In this document: positions 41,951 to 55,510 of the stretch, piece after piece | Layout of the letters: each line of letters starts with the position of its first letter | Numbering within the stretch: the first letter of the stretch is position 1 | Source: Octopus vulgaris | Lineage: Eukaryota | Reading direction: 5' to 3' | Length of the DNA: 64,000 nucleotides | NCBI GenBank assembly: GCA_951406725.2 | Contig: OX597828.1 | Coordinates: 75,826,001 to 75,890,000, forward strand | Notes under the pieces: model-generated | What the model was told of the DNA's origin: nothing | The model's input: only the letters and a program-made list of their open reading frames with translations | The model's database searches: none | Translations under genes and position numbers: made by a program

Positions 41951-42435
41951 GTAAAAATAATTACAGACATGGACAAGAACATGAAACACCAAAGAGACGA
42001 CACAAGAACCACAGGACGGGACATTCGAAGCCCTCAGTCATCAGTCAAGAACCAGATCATCTTAGCAATTTCGGCTGATTAATCTTGAGATTGCTCCGAT
42101 TTGGGCAGCCCGCCAAGGGAAATCTAAGCCAAGCGCATTAGATCCCCTGGAAGAAAGCTTCGAATGTATACAACACGAGGACGGAAAACGAACGAAGTAC
42201 ACGAACAAAAATACAGAATACGTGACACCAATAAGAATACAAAAACGTAAAAACAATAACGGTAAAATTAAAAAACAAAACAAAACCAGGACGTAGGACA
42301 AGGGTCTTTCGACAGGACGAGTTGAGTTTAGGGCTGGCTTATGAAGTAGTGCCTAATGGCCGCAGGGAGACGAACAAATACGTGTTGCTTCGGCGACTGC
42401 TGGAACGAAAAGGGCGCTTAGCAGTGGCTAGCGAT
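41945..42435 (-). mobile_element. PLE-type terminal fragment between (TA)n arrays with hammerhead-like motif (42012-42048)
   Basis: CTGATGA-CTGAGGGCTTC-GAA-TGTCCCGTCCTG and a T-rich tail like the one at 12230-12399. Confidence 0.5.
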
Positions 42436-43099
42436 ATATATATATATATATGTATGTATATGATGGGTTTTTAGCTTTGGGGAAAGAAAATCCAGGATGA
42501 TCAGTTAATGATGATTTTATTGACCATATTCCCCTCTCAGATTTACACACTTATTGCAGGTGTACTTCAATTTTTTTTGAAGTCCTGGAAAAGCCTCAGA
42601 AGCCTGGGCATTCAACCACTAAATGAAGCAGAATCTTTATTTAATTTCAATAGAATGATGTTTCTGGAATAATTAATACTGTACACAAGCAGCAGTATAG
42701 CCCTTAGAACTCTGTTTCACCTGTGATGTAGAGCTCATCCACAACATGACGGTACCACCATTGATTTCTGAGGCCATCATGTTGCAGAGCTATCATTATC
42801 GCTTCTGTTTATTTTAAACAGTTAGGAAAATTTTATAGGAAGTATGAAAATAATGTGGTTTATTATTTTGAAATAAATATAAAATTCGTTTTCAAATTTA
42901 ATATTCTATTTTTCTCCATCGAAGGCCTTTCAAAAGAAAGCCATTTACGAAGTCGTTAGACAAAACTCTAAGTTCCAGCCAAATATAATTTTATAATAAA
43001 TTTGACTATTTTATTTTATCGAGTTCAATATTGGCAGTAACCATATTCATGATCTCTTAACATTTCACTAAAATATAGACGCTAAAATCAGTATATATA

Positions 43100-43178
<79 letters not shown>

Positions 43179-43179
<1 letters not shown>

Positions 43180-43382
43180 CTCTTTTACTCTTTTGCTTCA
43201 GTGCATTTGGCTGCAGCCATGCTGGAGCACCAACTTTGGTCGAACAAATCGACCCCAGAACTTATTCTTTGTATGCGTAGTAATTATTCTATCCTTCTCT
43301 GTTGCTGAACAGCTAAGTTGCGGAGCATAAACACACCAGCATCGGTTGTCAAGCGATGGTGGGGTGACAAACACACAGACAC

Positions 43383-43433
<51 letters not shown>

Positions 43434-43580
43434 ACACACATAGAACGGGCTTCTTTTAGTTTCCGTCTATCAAATCCACTCACACGGCTTTGGTCGGCCC
43501 GAGGCTATAGTAGAAGACACTTGCCCAAGGTACCACACAGTGGAACTGAACACGGAACCATGTGGCTGGTAATCAAGCTA
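43179..43580 (-). mobile_element. SINE family A
   Basis: Reverse complement of the family A consensus with internal (TA)n. Confidence 0.92.
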
Positions 43581-45663
43581 CGTTATATATATATACTCGA
43601 GCGCGTGCGCACGTATATACACTGAAACGAATTGAATGTGAATTCTGATAACATATACCCGAATATATAGTATTGGTGTCATCGACGAGGAAAGATTTAT
43701 AAGGATCTCAGTGAATAAATTATTTTGAGAAAAATTCCTATTGTATCTAGAAAAAGCATGTGCTGATGGCATGAAATATACTGCATGGCTATGTCAATAG
43801 TCCGTAAGATTTCCCACGATATTTCAATGTAATTTACTACATGTTTGGTTATATTTCCTTAATTCCAGCTATCTGCATGTCATTGATCATTTATATTCTG
43901 GTTGTGAGTCATCGCAGTTTCTATAAACCGTCGTAATCTCACCACGTGCTGCAGCAGTAAGATTGATATCAATGCTGAACGCTGATTGCTGCCTTCAGCT
44001 GATTGCATATTTAAGAAGGAAGATTTTGCGGTTGAAGAAAATAAGTTGTTATTCAAGTGTTTGGCATAGTTGATGGCTTCTGTTAATATCCTCATCTTCG
44101 GTCTTATTATTTCTATCCATTCATTTGTCTTTTTTTTAGATGGTAGTTTTTTTCTTTCCTGAACGCTATTTAAATATTTAGCTTGAGTGTTGCATCTGCT
44201 AATTATCATTATCAGTAGGTTAAAAAACTTGACACCTCTCACCATTTCTTACTTACATTCCTGCCTTCCCCTTATCCTAACAAAGAACAAAAAATACTTG
44301 TGCTTAACTCTACGAGGCATAACTAGGAATCGTTAGAGAATTAACAATAGATTTTGTTACAAAGATAATATAAACCAATAAAACGACAATATTTTGCTAG
44401 AAATACAGGCATTTCCCATATAAAAGCATGAGAAGCTACAGTCAGAGACATTCCGTGACAAACGAGGTTTTGGCTCTGATCTCTCTCTCCCTATATATAT
44501 ATATATATATTTGGTCTTAGCTGAACCGTGACCGATTCTAAATTTCCTGACCGTCATTAAATATCTTTCATATAAAGAAAGCTAATCTTAGCCATTACAC
44601 TCATATCTTCGAAAATACGCACATTGATTCGTCCAGCCTAAGATAAAAGTTAGAAAGTGTGGGGTGTCCTTTCAGTTTGCTTCAAAGTTCAGGGAAGTAA
44701 TGGAAATCAGCAACTATTTGGAAGGGACTTCTAGTCCATTCCTTCATTTATGTTTGGTTTTGTTTTAGCCTTTTCCTCCTTGTTATATTTACTTTCTCTA
44801 CATTTTACCTGCGCCATCGTGACAAGCGATGGGATGGAACTGTTGTAGCCCGAGACTCTTCGATTTTTCACACACTATAAACTCGTAATGTTATTAGCAA
44901 TTATAACGATATGATCACACTTGGTCTCCCTCCTTTCGCAGTTCCGACTAATGATGTTCTAGAAACTGCACTAACGGCAGACATGTCTTTATCTTTCTTC
45001 ATCTTTAACACCTGTTTTTCTTGTTGCTGTTGCATTTCTCCCCACCTTTCTTTTCTTCTGCTTTTCTTCTTGTAGCCAGAACTGACGACAATCATGTGGA
45101 ATTTACTACCTAGCTTATAGTTACTACGTAGACTTTCTAACTCCATTAGCAGTCAGATTGATATTCATTCCGCTAATGTCCATGTATACTCTGGGTCACC
45201 TATATTCTCAACTCATGCACAGACTGTTGCACAAAGGTGACTACATTCCATGATTGTGCTAGAAATTATGGCCACGATTCTCATGTTTCTCAGACCTGTC
45301 CCTTAAACAAGTGTACGGCGAACCATCTCTTCCCGTCTTGCCATTGTTCCCATCCTTTTAAAATCTAGGCAAACGCCGCTTCCATATGGCCTGTTATGGT
45401 CGTTGATAGCTATACTCTTCACAACATCAATTCCACCAAATCGTCCTTAGATAGAATGTAAGAAACACCTCTTTGTTTTTAAGATGTGACCCTCCTTAGG
45501 ACCATTATACTGAATAAAGTTGTCAGACGAGTTTTTAACACACAGCCAATCACTGGATCACTGCACTGGAAATAGTAGCTACAAAACACATGAATGGTCT
45601 TTCACGTATACGCTTACACATGTACTGTGCGCTCGCGTATAAATACATCAACGAACGTATATG

Positions 45664-45707
<44 letters not shown>

Positions 45708-45714
45708 CTGAATC

Positions 45715-46635
45715 ACTTGGATCGGCCCAGGCTGTCTGGTGTCGTGTTGGCTCCACTTGTCACAGCATTCGCTCCATTCCCCTTCTAATCTCGACAGTTT
45801 CCTCCACGTTATTCCACACATTTTTATTAAATCATCTTCCCACTTAATTGGAAGTATTCCGAGTGCTTGTACACAAATTCACGGGTCTACCTTAAGACAT
45901 GAATGACCCAAGATAGCTTTGCATGGTGGTATTCTGCGATGATGTCCTTCACTCCACTTCTATCTCCTCGTCCCCGATGTGATTTCTTAACGAAATTCCC
46001 ACCATCGACCTTTCCATAGCTCATTGCGCCGTAAGCAGATGTTGTTCTCTTTTCATCAAGGTCCAATTCTCACATGCGTATAGCATTGCAGGCAATGTCT
46101 AAGAAATTGGCTCTCGAGTTGCCTTGTCTAGGTTCACCTTCAGCACATCCTTCACCGAGTTGAACCCTTCGCGAGATATCATTCTCCATTTGTCACTTCA
46201 CTCACTCCATCTCCGAGATACACATAGCTGCTCACCTCTTCTATTTCATTGCTTCCGACAGTTAAGTGACCGATAGGTACGCTCTCGGACTGTATATACT
46301 TGGTCTTTTTGTGCGGTTGAACAACAAGCCGACGGCTGAAACACTGAATTCCAGTTCATCCAGCAAGATCTATAACTGAATGGTGCTCTCCGCTGACAAC
46401 GCCATGTCGTCATCGAATCTTAGTTGGTTGAGAAGCTCTCCGTATATCCTTCTGCCTCCGTTCCAGTTCATGTCTCGTATTTACCATCTCGAGACACGCC
46501 GTGAAGAGCTTAGGAGTGGTGGTGTCTCCTTGACACCTTTCTCCATCGGAACTGGTGAGGACAAGAGGGCTGCATTCGTTGTGCACCCCATATTCGCATA
46601 AGGAGGATGACGTAATGCGTCGCCACAAGTTTCTG
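45715..46635 (-). mobile_element. RTE-clade LINE ORF2 3' fragment
   Basis: LLNQLRFDDDMA (FADD), LPAMLYACENWT, AMERSMVGISLRNHI, GVKDIIAEY. Confidence 0.88.
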
Positions 46636-46671
<36 letters not shown>

Positions 46672-46691
46672 ATATATATATACACATACAC

Positions 46692-46822
46692 ACACATGGC
46701 CTGATCAATAAGTAACCGGACTGTTGCTATAGTAACAAAACTAACGCACGCGGAGGAAAGCCGCTTGTCACAGATTGACGTTGAATCCTGCTGTGCATGC
46801 GCACTGCGTTTAACATTGTAAC
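46692..46822 (+). mobile_element. Probable mariner-type terminal fragment
   Basis: GGCCTGATCAATAAGTAACCGGACTG resembles mariner TIRs; no partner TIR seen. Confidence 0.4.
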
Positions 46823-46826
46823 CTGA

Positions 46827-47290
46827 GAGGTTATTGAAAACGCAAAAGAAAATATTGATCTACTTCCATCACAGAAATCTGTGAAATCCTTGGATTGAAT
46901 CGGTCCGACTATGATTACGACCGAGGTGTTACATAACCCTGCAACTTTGGCTATGTTCAACGAAATTCCAAGCTTCGACTGATGAAGAGGTTTATCTAGA
47001 GAACTGCAACAAAGAACGGTTCCAGTTGCAGTTCTTACGCGGCGATACAAGGATCAAGTACCATGGATATTTCAGAAGTTTCAAATTGGCGAACTCTCGG
47101 TGACGTTTCGGAAATCTGATTGTCCGATCTAGCGGAGTTAAGATTCGTTTTGATCCGACTTCTTTGAGAGGATTCCTCAAGCGAAGGCTCATCGGAGCGA
47201 AACCGGCCAAAAGAAACCAGAAAAAAAAAATAGCAAGGGTTACTGGACCCAGATGAACATAAATTGCCATGTCACCTCTGTTAGGGTGGT
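46827..47290 (+). pseudogene. Possible highly decayed Helitron/PIF1 helicase C-terminal fragment
   Basis: Ordered weak matches: KSVKSLD*IG, VAVLTRRYKDQV, ELSVTFRK, VKIRF, QMNI..AMS, compared with PIF1 EFLNSL..SG, ILTG..KGE.V, LPF.F.R, PVK..FA, GQLYVA.SR. Confidence 0.3.
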
Positions 47291-48169
47291 GTATAGGTTG
47301 AAAATAACATTATTTCGCTTTCCTAGGGTATACAGAAGGATTGAATAGCATCAAAGATAATAACATAATCAGTCAACATCTTTAAGTGTAAAATAATATA
47401 TTTACAAGCTTAATTTCAAGTTGAGAAAAAGCGACCCCCGTCTCTCTCTTCATATATATATATATATAAAAATTTATACTTGCATTCTTGTGTGCTTTTC
47501 ATTTATGCCTATTCGTACAGGTAATTTTGAACGCATATTTGCAAGTGCGAGTTTCTGTCTGGAGTGGTGTCTGTGCGCGCTGTGTGTACATGTGCGAACA
47601 GGCAAACAGACTCCGGAGAGTTTGGAGAAATTGAATTTTCTTGTTGCAATCACGATTGAAAATCAGATCAACTTAAAATAAGAATTAAAGAAACTTGACA
47701 GAAGACCATTGTGAAAGCGATAGATTGTAATTTTTGTAGCGATCCCTGTCTAGATAGAGCTGATGAGAGAGAAATGAGGAAGGAAGATAGAAAGGTATGG
47801 GGAGGGAATCTCAATTCTTTAGTGCGAACATCATTAATAGATCTCTTCAACAATCTTGGTATTTTCTATGTAGAAAGACAGACTTCAATGCTGGTATAGA
47901 ACTGACGTCAGGGTTCCATTATTGTCAAGCTAACCAAATTATCTACCGATAGATACTACAATTTTTACCGTTTTTTTTTCTTTTTATATGTGTTGCTTTT
48001 TTCTTCGTTCTTTTCTTTATTGTTTCCTTCCCTCTCTCTTTCGACTCTTAGTTTCATACGGACACACAAACGTATAAACTAAACTTTTCTCTATCCATAT
48101 TTATATGAATTTATATACACATATGGATATATATATATATATATATATATAGTGAATGTCAATGTATCA

Positions 48170-48218
<49 letters not shown>

Positions 48219-49559
48219 TGTGTTTATATATATATGTATAAACATACATGCGCGAATACAGCGTACTATTATTCTATTACACACAGAAGAATCTAATTAA
48301 TTTGTTCTCGAATAGTATGTCGTTTTAATTAATTTTCACCCAGTTATTTTTTCGCTCCCACCACAAAAGCTGCATTAAGTTCACGGTAGCACACTATTTT
48401 TTTCTTCTCTATTTTCATTAAACTAATTTTCTATCTGTTAATTTCATAGTCCAGTGTTCATTGTTGAAGTCAATTACGAAGTTGAATAATTATATTAAAA
48501 CACCATTGCAAATGTCTTACAACTATTTACTAGATCGCCGTAAATATATGCCTATCTGTGAAGACCAAGATCGAAAAAAAGGAATGATAAAGAATGACAC
48601 TATAAACAGTACTATACATTGTCTGTTGAAAAATTCCTGCCACGAATCTTATTTATTCCAGATGGTATTAAAAAAAGAAAGGCTTTATATATCAATAACA
48701 ACAACTACGCGAACGCAACTATCAACCGCAAAAATTTAAAAGGAATAAAAATAGATAAATAACACATACATTACATTCTTCAGAAATCTGCTGAACTCTA
48801 GTCGCTGAAGGAAGAAAGTAAGGAAACGAGAAGAATAAAGGGTGTCTTCATACATTCATAGTAAAACGACATTTCGTTCTTGCGCAAGGGTTTTTTTTTT
48901 CTCTTTTTACATATCTTTCGGCACTAATTATGAAGAGCATGACTGTCAGAGTTTTCTATAGACAAGAAAAAATATATACATAAAAATAAAATTCGAAAGA
49001 GTTATCCACCTAAACAAAATGGAGTTTATTGATAAAAAAGTCAACTGAATGCTACATCCGCCATTTTAGCTTTATTTATTTAGTAATCATTGTGGCTGTT
49101 GTTGGCGGTAGTGGTAAAAGTTATGAGATCGGTAGATATGGTCATAGGAGATTTAAAGATGATGTGAAGGTACTTAGAGAAGGTGTTTTATAATCAACAA
49201 GTTACGTGTGAAAAACACAGGCGTATCAAATTTTGGCAAAACGTTCAATTCTTGATTGAACTAATTCCTCTCCACTGGTCCTTTTTAATTGCAATTTGCA
49301 ATAATAGCCAATCGTCTGGATTAGCGCCGGACAACGCAACGATTTTAATGAATTCATGACGTTAATCGGTTTTTGACACACTACACCCAGGTCAATTTGT
49401 TCTTGTTGTAGCGTGTTCATATCACATTATCTAGTCAAGAGAGAGAGAGAGGATAATATATGCATGATATTCTACACCACATTGCACACTCGTAGCTCCT
49501 AATGATAAATTACAGCTTTCAGCTTTCTCTAAGGGTTGCCTTCGCCAAAATACGTTTAA

Positions 49560-49799
49560 CCCATAAAGCACTGAGATTTGCACTTACATAACATGGACTG
49601 CTGAGCACATGTTATGAAAATGAGACTACCATAAACACATAAAAAACAAAAAAGCCATTAGTTGCATTCTGTATCGGAGCGTTTGAGTTACATTAGACCC
49701 AACAAACGCCCATATATTATCTACATCTATCTGGGCCGCGATCGTGGCCTGTTGACGTGTGCCTGACGGCCACGATCGTGGCCTGTCGTGCTTTAGGTG
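49560..49799. mobile_element. piggyBac-type MITE (240 bp)
   Basis: TTAA|CCCATAAAGCAC...GTGCTTTAGGTG|TTAA: TTAA on both sides and a 10/12 TIR match. Confidence 0.65.
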
Positions 49800-50024
49800 T
49801 TAAGACTGCTCATAACATTCGGGTGTAAGTTCCATCTTGCTTGCATCCCAGTTCTTTGGTAAACGCCCAGAATGTTGCTCCAGATAAGTTGCACGGAAAA
49901 AATCCTTTTAGGTAATCTGACTGGGATTTATTTCTAGACATCAAACTTTTCCCTCACACAAACACACACCTGCAAGTATATGCCATACTATCCTATCACA
50001 TATATACTTACACGTAATGATATA

Positions 50025-50100
<76 letters not shown>

Positions 50101-50103
<3 letters not shown>

Positions 50104-50300
50104 GTGTGTGTGTGTCCCTCCCCATCACTTGAGAAACGGTGCTGGTTCGTTTACGTCTCCAGACCTTAATATTTCGGTGAAAAAAGACCGATAGAGTAAG
50201 TACCTGAATTCAAAAGAAAATGATTACTGCGTTCGATCCACTCGACTAAACAATACTTCAAGGTGGTGCCCCAGCATGGCTGCTGTCTAATGACTGAAAG
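50101..50300 (+). mobile_element. 3' half of SINE family A following a (TA)n array
   Basis: CCCATCACTTGAGAAACGG...GGTGGTGCCCCAGCATGGCTGC...AATGACTGAAA. Confidence 0.8.
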
Positions 50301-50352
50301 AAGCGTTGCAGCTTCCTGTACTGCGATGCAGAAGTGAAATAATAAATCATAT

Positions 50353-50516
50353 AAGTGGAGAGCTTATTACAATGTGAGAAGTAAGAGCTTAATAACCTTT
50401 ATTTCAGGCACAAACAACCACCAACAACTGTTCACGATGACGATTAGCCTTTGTGCTTAAAATATATAAAGGTTATTAAACTCTTTCTTTTCGCATTGTA
50501 AGAAGCTCTCCGACTT
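50353..50516. repeat. Imperfect inverted repeat (~62-67 bp arms)
   Basis: GGAGAGCTTATTACAATG...TTAATAACCTTTAT..GCACAAA vs TTTGTGC..ATAAAGGTTATTAA...CATTGTAAGAAGCTCTCC. Confidence 0.8.
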
Positions 50517-50984
50517 CGTTAAATACATCATAATATCGTGTTAAATAATTTATTCACTGTTCGTTGTTTGAGGTTAGTTTTCTCGCTAATTTATTGTCAA
50601 GAATTTATTAGTGAGTGATTGATAAATTGCAGATATTTATTCAGAGAAAATATAATATAAATTTTCTAGAGACAGTATCATGTTTTCAGACTGTATTGAA
50701 GCAGAATGAGTATCAACGAAATCATAATTAAGAACGGCTTTATGGTTAATTATATTTAGAGTCGGAAAAAGTATTGTATTCTGCTATAGAATTAATTAAT
50801 TTAATTTACAGTTTTTATTTTATATCAGATGTGTCGTAGACTCATTCGGAAATATATATGTATCTATCCCTCCACCAACCTACCTACCAACCTATCTGTC
50901 TCCCTGGACTTGGCTATCTTTCTATCAACTTGTGTGTGTTAGTAGATAAGTCTGCATTAAACACACATACATATATACATGTAC

Positions 50985-51035
<51 letters not shown>

Positions 51036-51063
51036 TATATATATATGTACATATATATATATG

Positions 51064-51104
<41 letters not shown>

Positions 51105-51186
51105 GTACATATATATATATGTATATATATATATGTACATATATATATATGTATGTACATATATATATATACATATATATATGTAC

Positions 51187-51217
<31 letters not shown>

Positions 51218-51237
51218 TAAATGTACATATATATATA

Positions 51238-51550
51238 ACGGGAAGGTTTACGAAAATAAACAAAAGACGAAGGCAGGTGGAGTACAAACAAACAAATGTA
51301 TTATTATGGCGCTCAGGAATAGAAATAGAACAAGTCTTTTACGTTTCGAGCCTACGCTCTTTGACAGAAAGATACACAGAAAAGAAACAAGGAGAGAAAA
51401 AAATGCGTGTAGGAGCTAACGGTCTATCATGGCGTTCTGATTTCAGGCAGAGGTCAGGGGTCAGAGGTTAGACGTTAGAGGGACAGTAGGGGAGATAACA
51501 GGGTCAAGTGACTTCCAAAATGAAGGTGGCTCCAACATAAAGGCGCGTGT
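51238..51550 (-). mobile_element. PLE-type terminal fragment with hammerhead variant (51335-51372)
   Basis: TCTTT-CTGTCAA-A-GAGC(GTAG)GCTC-GAAA-CG-T-A-AAAGA; same family as 22050-22245; ends in (TA)n. Confidence 0.65.
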
Positions 51551-51988
51551 GTGTATAAGAGAGTATGTATGTGTGGGTGTGGAGATATGGGGATGGGTGT
51601 GTGGGTGGTGTGTTGTGATGTGATATGTGTATGTATGTGTAGGTGTAAAGATGTAGGGATGGGTGTGTGGGCGGTGTGCTGTGGGTGTTGTGATGTGATG
51701 TGTAATGTTGTATGGTGTAGTGTAGTGTGGTGTGATGTTGTGTGGAGGTGGGGGCGAAAGTGGGGAAAGCCCATGTGGAGTGTGGGTTCGGCTGGGTTTG
51801 GGGTAGAGTGGGGGTTGTGGGGAGAGTGAGATGAGGAGAGAAGAGAGGGGAGGGGGAGGAGAGAGAGGAGATGAGGGGGAGAGAGGAGGAGGAGGAGGGA
51901 GATGAGGAGAAGGAGGGAGAGGAGGAGAAGGATGAGGGGAGAGGCGGAGAGTGGTAAGAGAGGAGGAGGAGGAGGGGAGGGGGAGAGA
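51550..51988. repeat. G-rich low-complexity tract (GT-rich, then GA-rich)
   Basis: Direct inspection. Confidence 0.9.
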
Positions 51989-52048
51989 TACATACATATG
52001 TATTAATATATGTACATATATATATATGTATGTATATATATATATATA

Positions 52049-52084
<36 letters not shown>

Positions 52085-52102
52085 TATATATATATATATA
52101 TA

Positions 52103-52192
<90 letters not shown>

Positions 52193-52194
52193 TG

Positions 52195-52400
52195 TGTGTG
52201 TGTGTTTCCACCACCGTTTGAAAACCGCTTGTAGTTGTTTCCGTCCTCGTCAATCAGCAGTTCGCTAAAAATGACAGATTAAGTTATCAGATTGAAATAA
52301 AAATGTAATGGACTGTCGATTTAGTGGACCAAACACTTTAAGGGGGTTCCCCAGCCTGGCAGCATTCCAATGATAAACAAGTGAGAAATGAAAGAAGAAA
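52195..52400 (+). mobile_element. 3' half of SINE family A, diverged
   Basis: CCACCACCGTTTGAAAACCG...GGGGTTCCCCAGCCTGGC. Confidence 0.6.
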
Positions 52401-52844
52401 GAAAAAAAACAGTACTACGTGTTTTATGAAATTCAAAAAATAGAAGTTTTTATGATCAAATGAAAAGTTAAAATTTCGCTCGATTCTCCACAAGCCAAGT
52501 TTGTAGTTTTTAGGGTGCTGACTTACTCTGAGAAATAAGTTAACCTTAACCTATAACAATACAACTAGTAAGAAAATAATGACGTACACTCAGGTATAAC
52601 GCATTCGTTTATACATCAGATTTTTCTGCCTAAATTCTGACTAAACAACGAAGCCATTACGCTGCATTAATGTACAACAGAGTGACAACGGAGAATTGAC
52701 TATGCAGTGATATACCCTGCTAGAAATAGCAGCTTAAACTTCCTTAAAAGTTATGACAAGATTGATACTGTAATCCTACGCACATTTTCTTTTTTTATTA
52801 TCTATAGGTGTATTTGACAATTTTAACTTTTTTATATTTTATAA

Positions 52845-53240
52845 CAGAAGTTCTAAAATAGGGAGAAGTCATAAGAAGCGGGAAAAGCAATGATATGGAA
52901 GCGAATTTCCAAGTCTGGCAGTTCGAGAGAAAAAAAGCCACAACTGTAGAAAGACTTCTTTATACGTGGAAGTATAACTGCATTTGGATGAAGAGGCTGT
53001 GAGTTCCGTAGCAGCCGAGATGGCACAAGGCGAACTGGAACTAAGGCAGAAAGTTCATCAGAGCGCTTCCTGTGATAATAAGAGTAGAAATCAAAAAGAG
53101 ACTAGCAGCGTCACGTCCATGTTATAAGGATAGCAAAGCTGAAGAGAGGTTCCAGTCAAATTAGAGACTAGCTTCTGAACCCAGTCGAAAAAAATCCAAG
53201 TATTTGTTCAGTCTGTCATAGATATTGGTCATAGTCACGA
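52845..53240 (-). mobile_element. Non-LTR retrotransposon (CR1/Jockey group) ORF2 C-terminal remnant
   Basis: HGRDAASL..YSYYH..SDELSALVP..HPNAV..FFSRTARL.NSLP..FPASYD. Confidence 0.75.
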
Positions 53241-53714
53241 TAAGCATCTAATTGTTGCATTTTAAATTAGAAGAATTAAAATGTGCCATGTGTGATTCAC
53301 ATATGCCTGTCTATCATACATATATATTTGTTGGCATAAAAGCCTTCTCTCTCTCTTTTTCACATACACACACAAGTACAATGTGTGTTAGTGTGTGCAT
53401 GTGTATGCAAATATATACATAAGTCAAAGATACAGACACCGAGAAAGGCCTGTAGGTAGACACAGAGATGTACATACAGACAGCAGAGAAGGTCCATCGA
53501 GTAAAGTTGTGAAAGCACCTGTAAGTAATAATCGAATATATTTGTTCGATACTCTTATTGAGTTAATTATAAAATGTCATGCAAATCGATTGGCGTATAC
53601 CTACACACGCTGCAGTGCATATATGTATGTAAATCTGTCTATCTGCATCTGTGAGAGTGTAGATCACAGGAAAATACTTATGACTTTCTATTTATTTAAA
53701 CACCGCTCTATTTG

Positions 53715-54028
<314 letters not shown>

Positions 54029-54469
54029 CACATGCGTACAATATATTTCTCTTCAAAATGTAATGAGTAGAAATAACCTTCCGTATTTCTTCTTTTGCAA
54101 CATCATTCCACCCACAACGTCTCACCTAGCCACCATTCCATTCCTGAAATCAATATTTCCGTCATAGAATAATAACAGCATTTTTTTCTCTTTGATTAAA
54201 AAAATCAATATCTGCTTTGCCGAAGTTCGATGTGATATTTTCGTTATTTTTTTATTTTTCTTCGTGTATTTTTTGTTATAGAAATTAGTGTTTCGATTCT
54301 TAAGAAACCTATGTCAGCTGTAAAAGTATTTAGAGAAAGAATTATGCTTCTTTGAGAAAACTATATGGCAACACAAAAAACGAAAAACAAGCGTGTCGAA
54401 CATTCAGAAACAAAAAAATATACGAGGAAAACAAATAAATATAGAACACATTATCGCATCAATAGTGTA

Positions 54470-54868
54470 TCCTTTCCTACTCTAGACACAATGCCCGAAA
54501 TTTTTGGCGGGGGAGCAGTCGATGACATCGACTCCAGTATGTAACTAGTACTTAATTTATCGACCCCGAAAGGGTGAAAGGCAAAGTCGACCTCAGCGGA
54601 ATTTGAACTCAGAACGTAGTGGCAGACGAAATACCTATTTCTTTACTACCCACATGGGGCTAAACACAGAGGGGACAAACAAGGACAGACAAACGGATTA
54701 AGTCGATTACATCGACCCCAGTGTGTAACTGGTATTTAATTTATCGACCCCGAAAGGATGAAAGGCAAAGTGGACCTCGGCGGAATTTGAACTCAGAACG
54801 TAACGGCAGGCGAAAAACCGCTTAGCATTTCCCCCGGCGTGCTAACGTTTCTGCCAGCTCGCCGCCTT
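54470..54868 (-). mobile_element. Dimeric SINE family B
   Basis: The block AGTCGAT..CATCGAC...ATCGACCCCGAAAGG.TGAAAGGCAAAGT.GACCTC.GCGGAATTTGAACTCAGAACG occurs twice (~54517 and ~54701). Confidence 0.92.
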
Positions 54869-55312
54869 GCACCAACAGTGTATTGCATGTATGTTATGAC
54901 GGAGGGAAGGGAAGAGAGATAAGAAGAGCTAAAGAGAGGATGAGACATAAATTTATCTCAAATTAAACAACTTTTGTAGAGAGATTGAGGAGTTCCAACT
55001 GAATCTCCAACAAGGGAATTTTACTTTCATGGAAACGCGTCAGAATCTCCAGACTCACAAATAGGTCATATGATGGGCTGCATGATTTGATAGAAATGTT
55101 TGAGCGTTGGGTAAGATACCTTTATTTAAAGTGCTTGCAGCTGTAAGTTCAAATCCCTCCGAGGTTAATCGTTTTCTTTATTTTTTTTTCTGCTGTTAAC
55201 ACTTGCAGGATATAAATAAGCAATATCCTGGAGTTGATACAATTGTAACATTGTTCGAAATGTGCAGACTCATCTTGATGTAAGAAATCATTACTTCTTT
55301 TGGTCAACAATG

Positions 55313-55510
55313 GGAGTGAGCTAGCACAATCGTTAGAACATCAGAAAATATGATGTACGATAACTCTTTAGATTTTTTTCTCTTTTGTCATGGTTCAAGT
55401 CCCGCGTAGGTCAAATCTGCCTTCAATCATTTCGAGATCAAAATAAAGTCCCTGGGATCGATGATCTCCCCTTGCAATTGCTAGCGTTTTACCTGAATTA
55501 GTAACTATTA
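55313..55510 (+). mobile_element. SINE family B, old copy
   Basis: GAGCTAGCACAATCGTTAG...GGTTCAAGTCCC..AGGTCAAATCTGCCTT. Confidence 0.55.

Noticed and set aside
51461-52253. Pro/Ser/His-rich ORFs
   Set aside because: Low-complexity G-rich tract; no domain or splice evidence.
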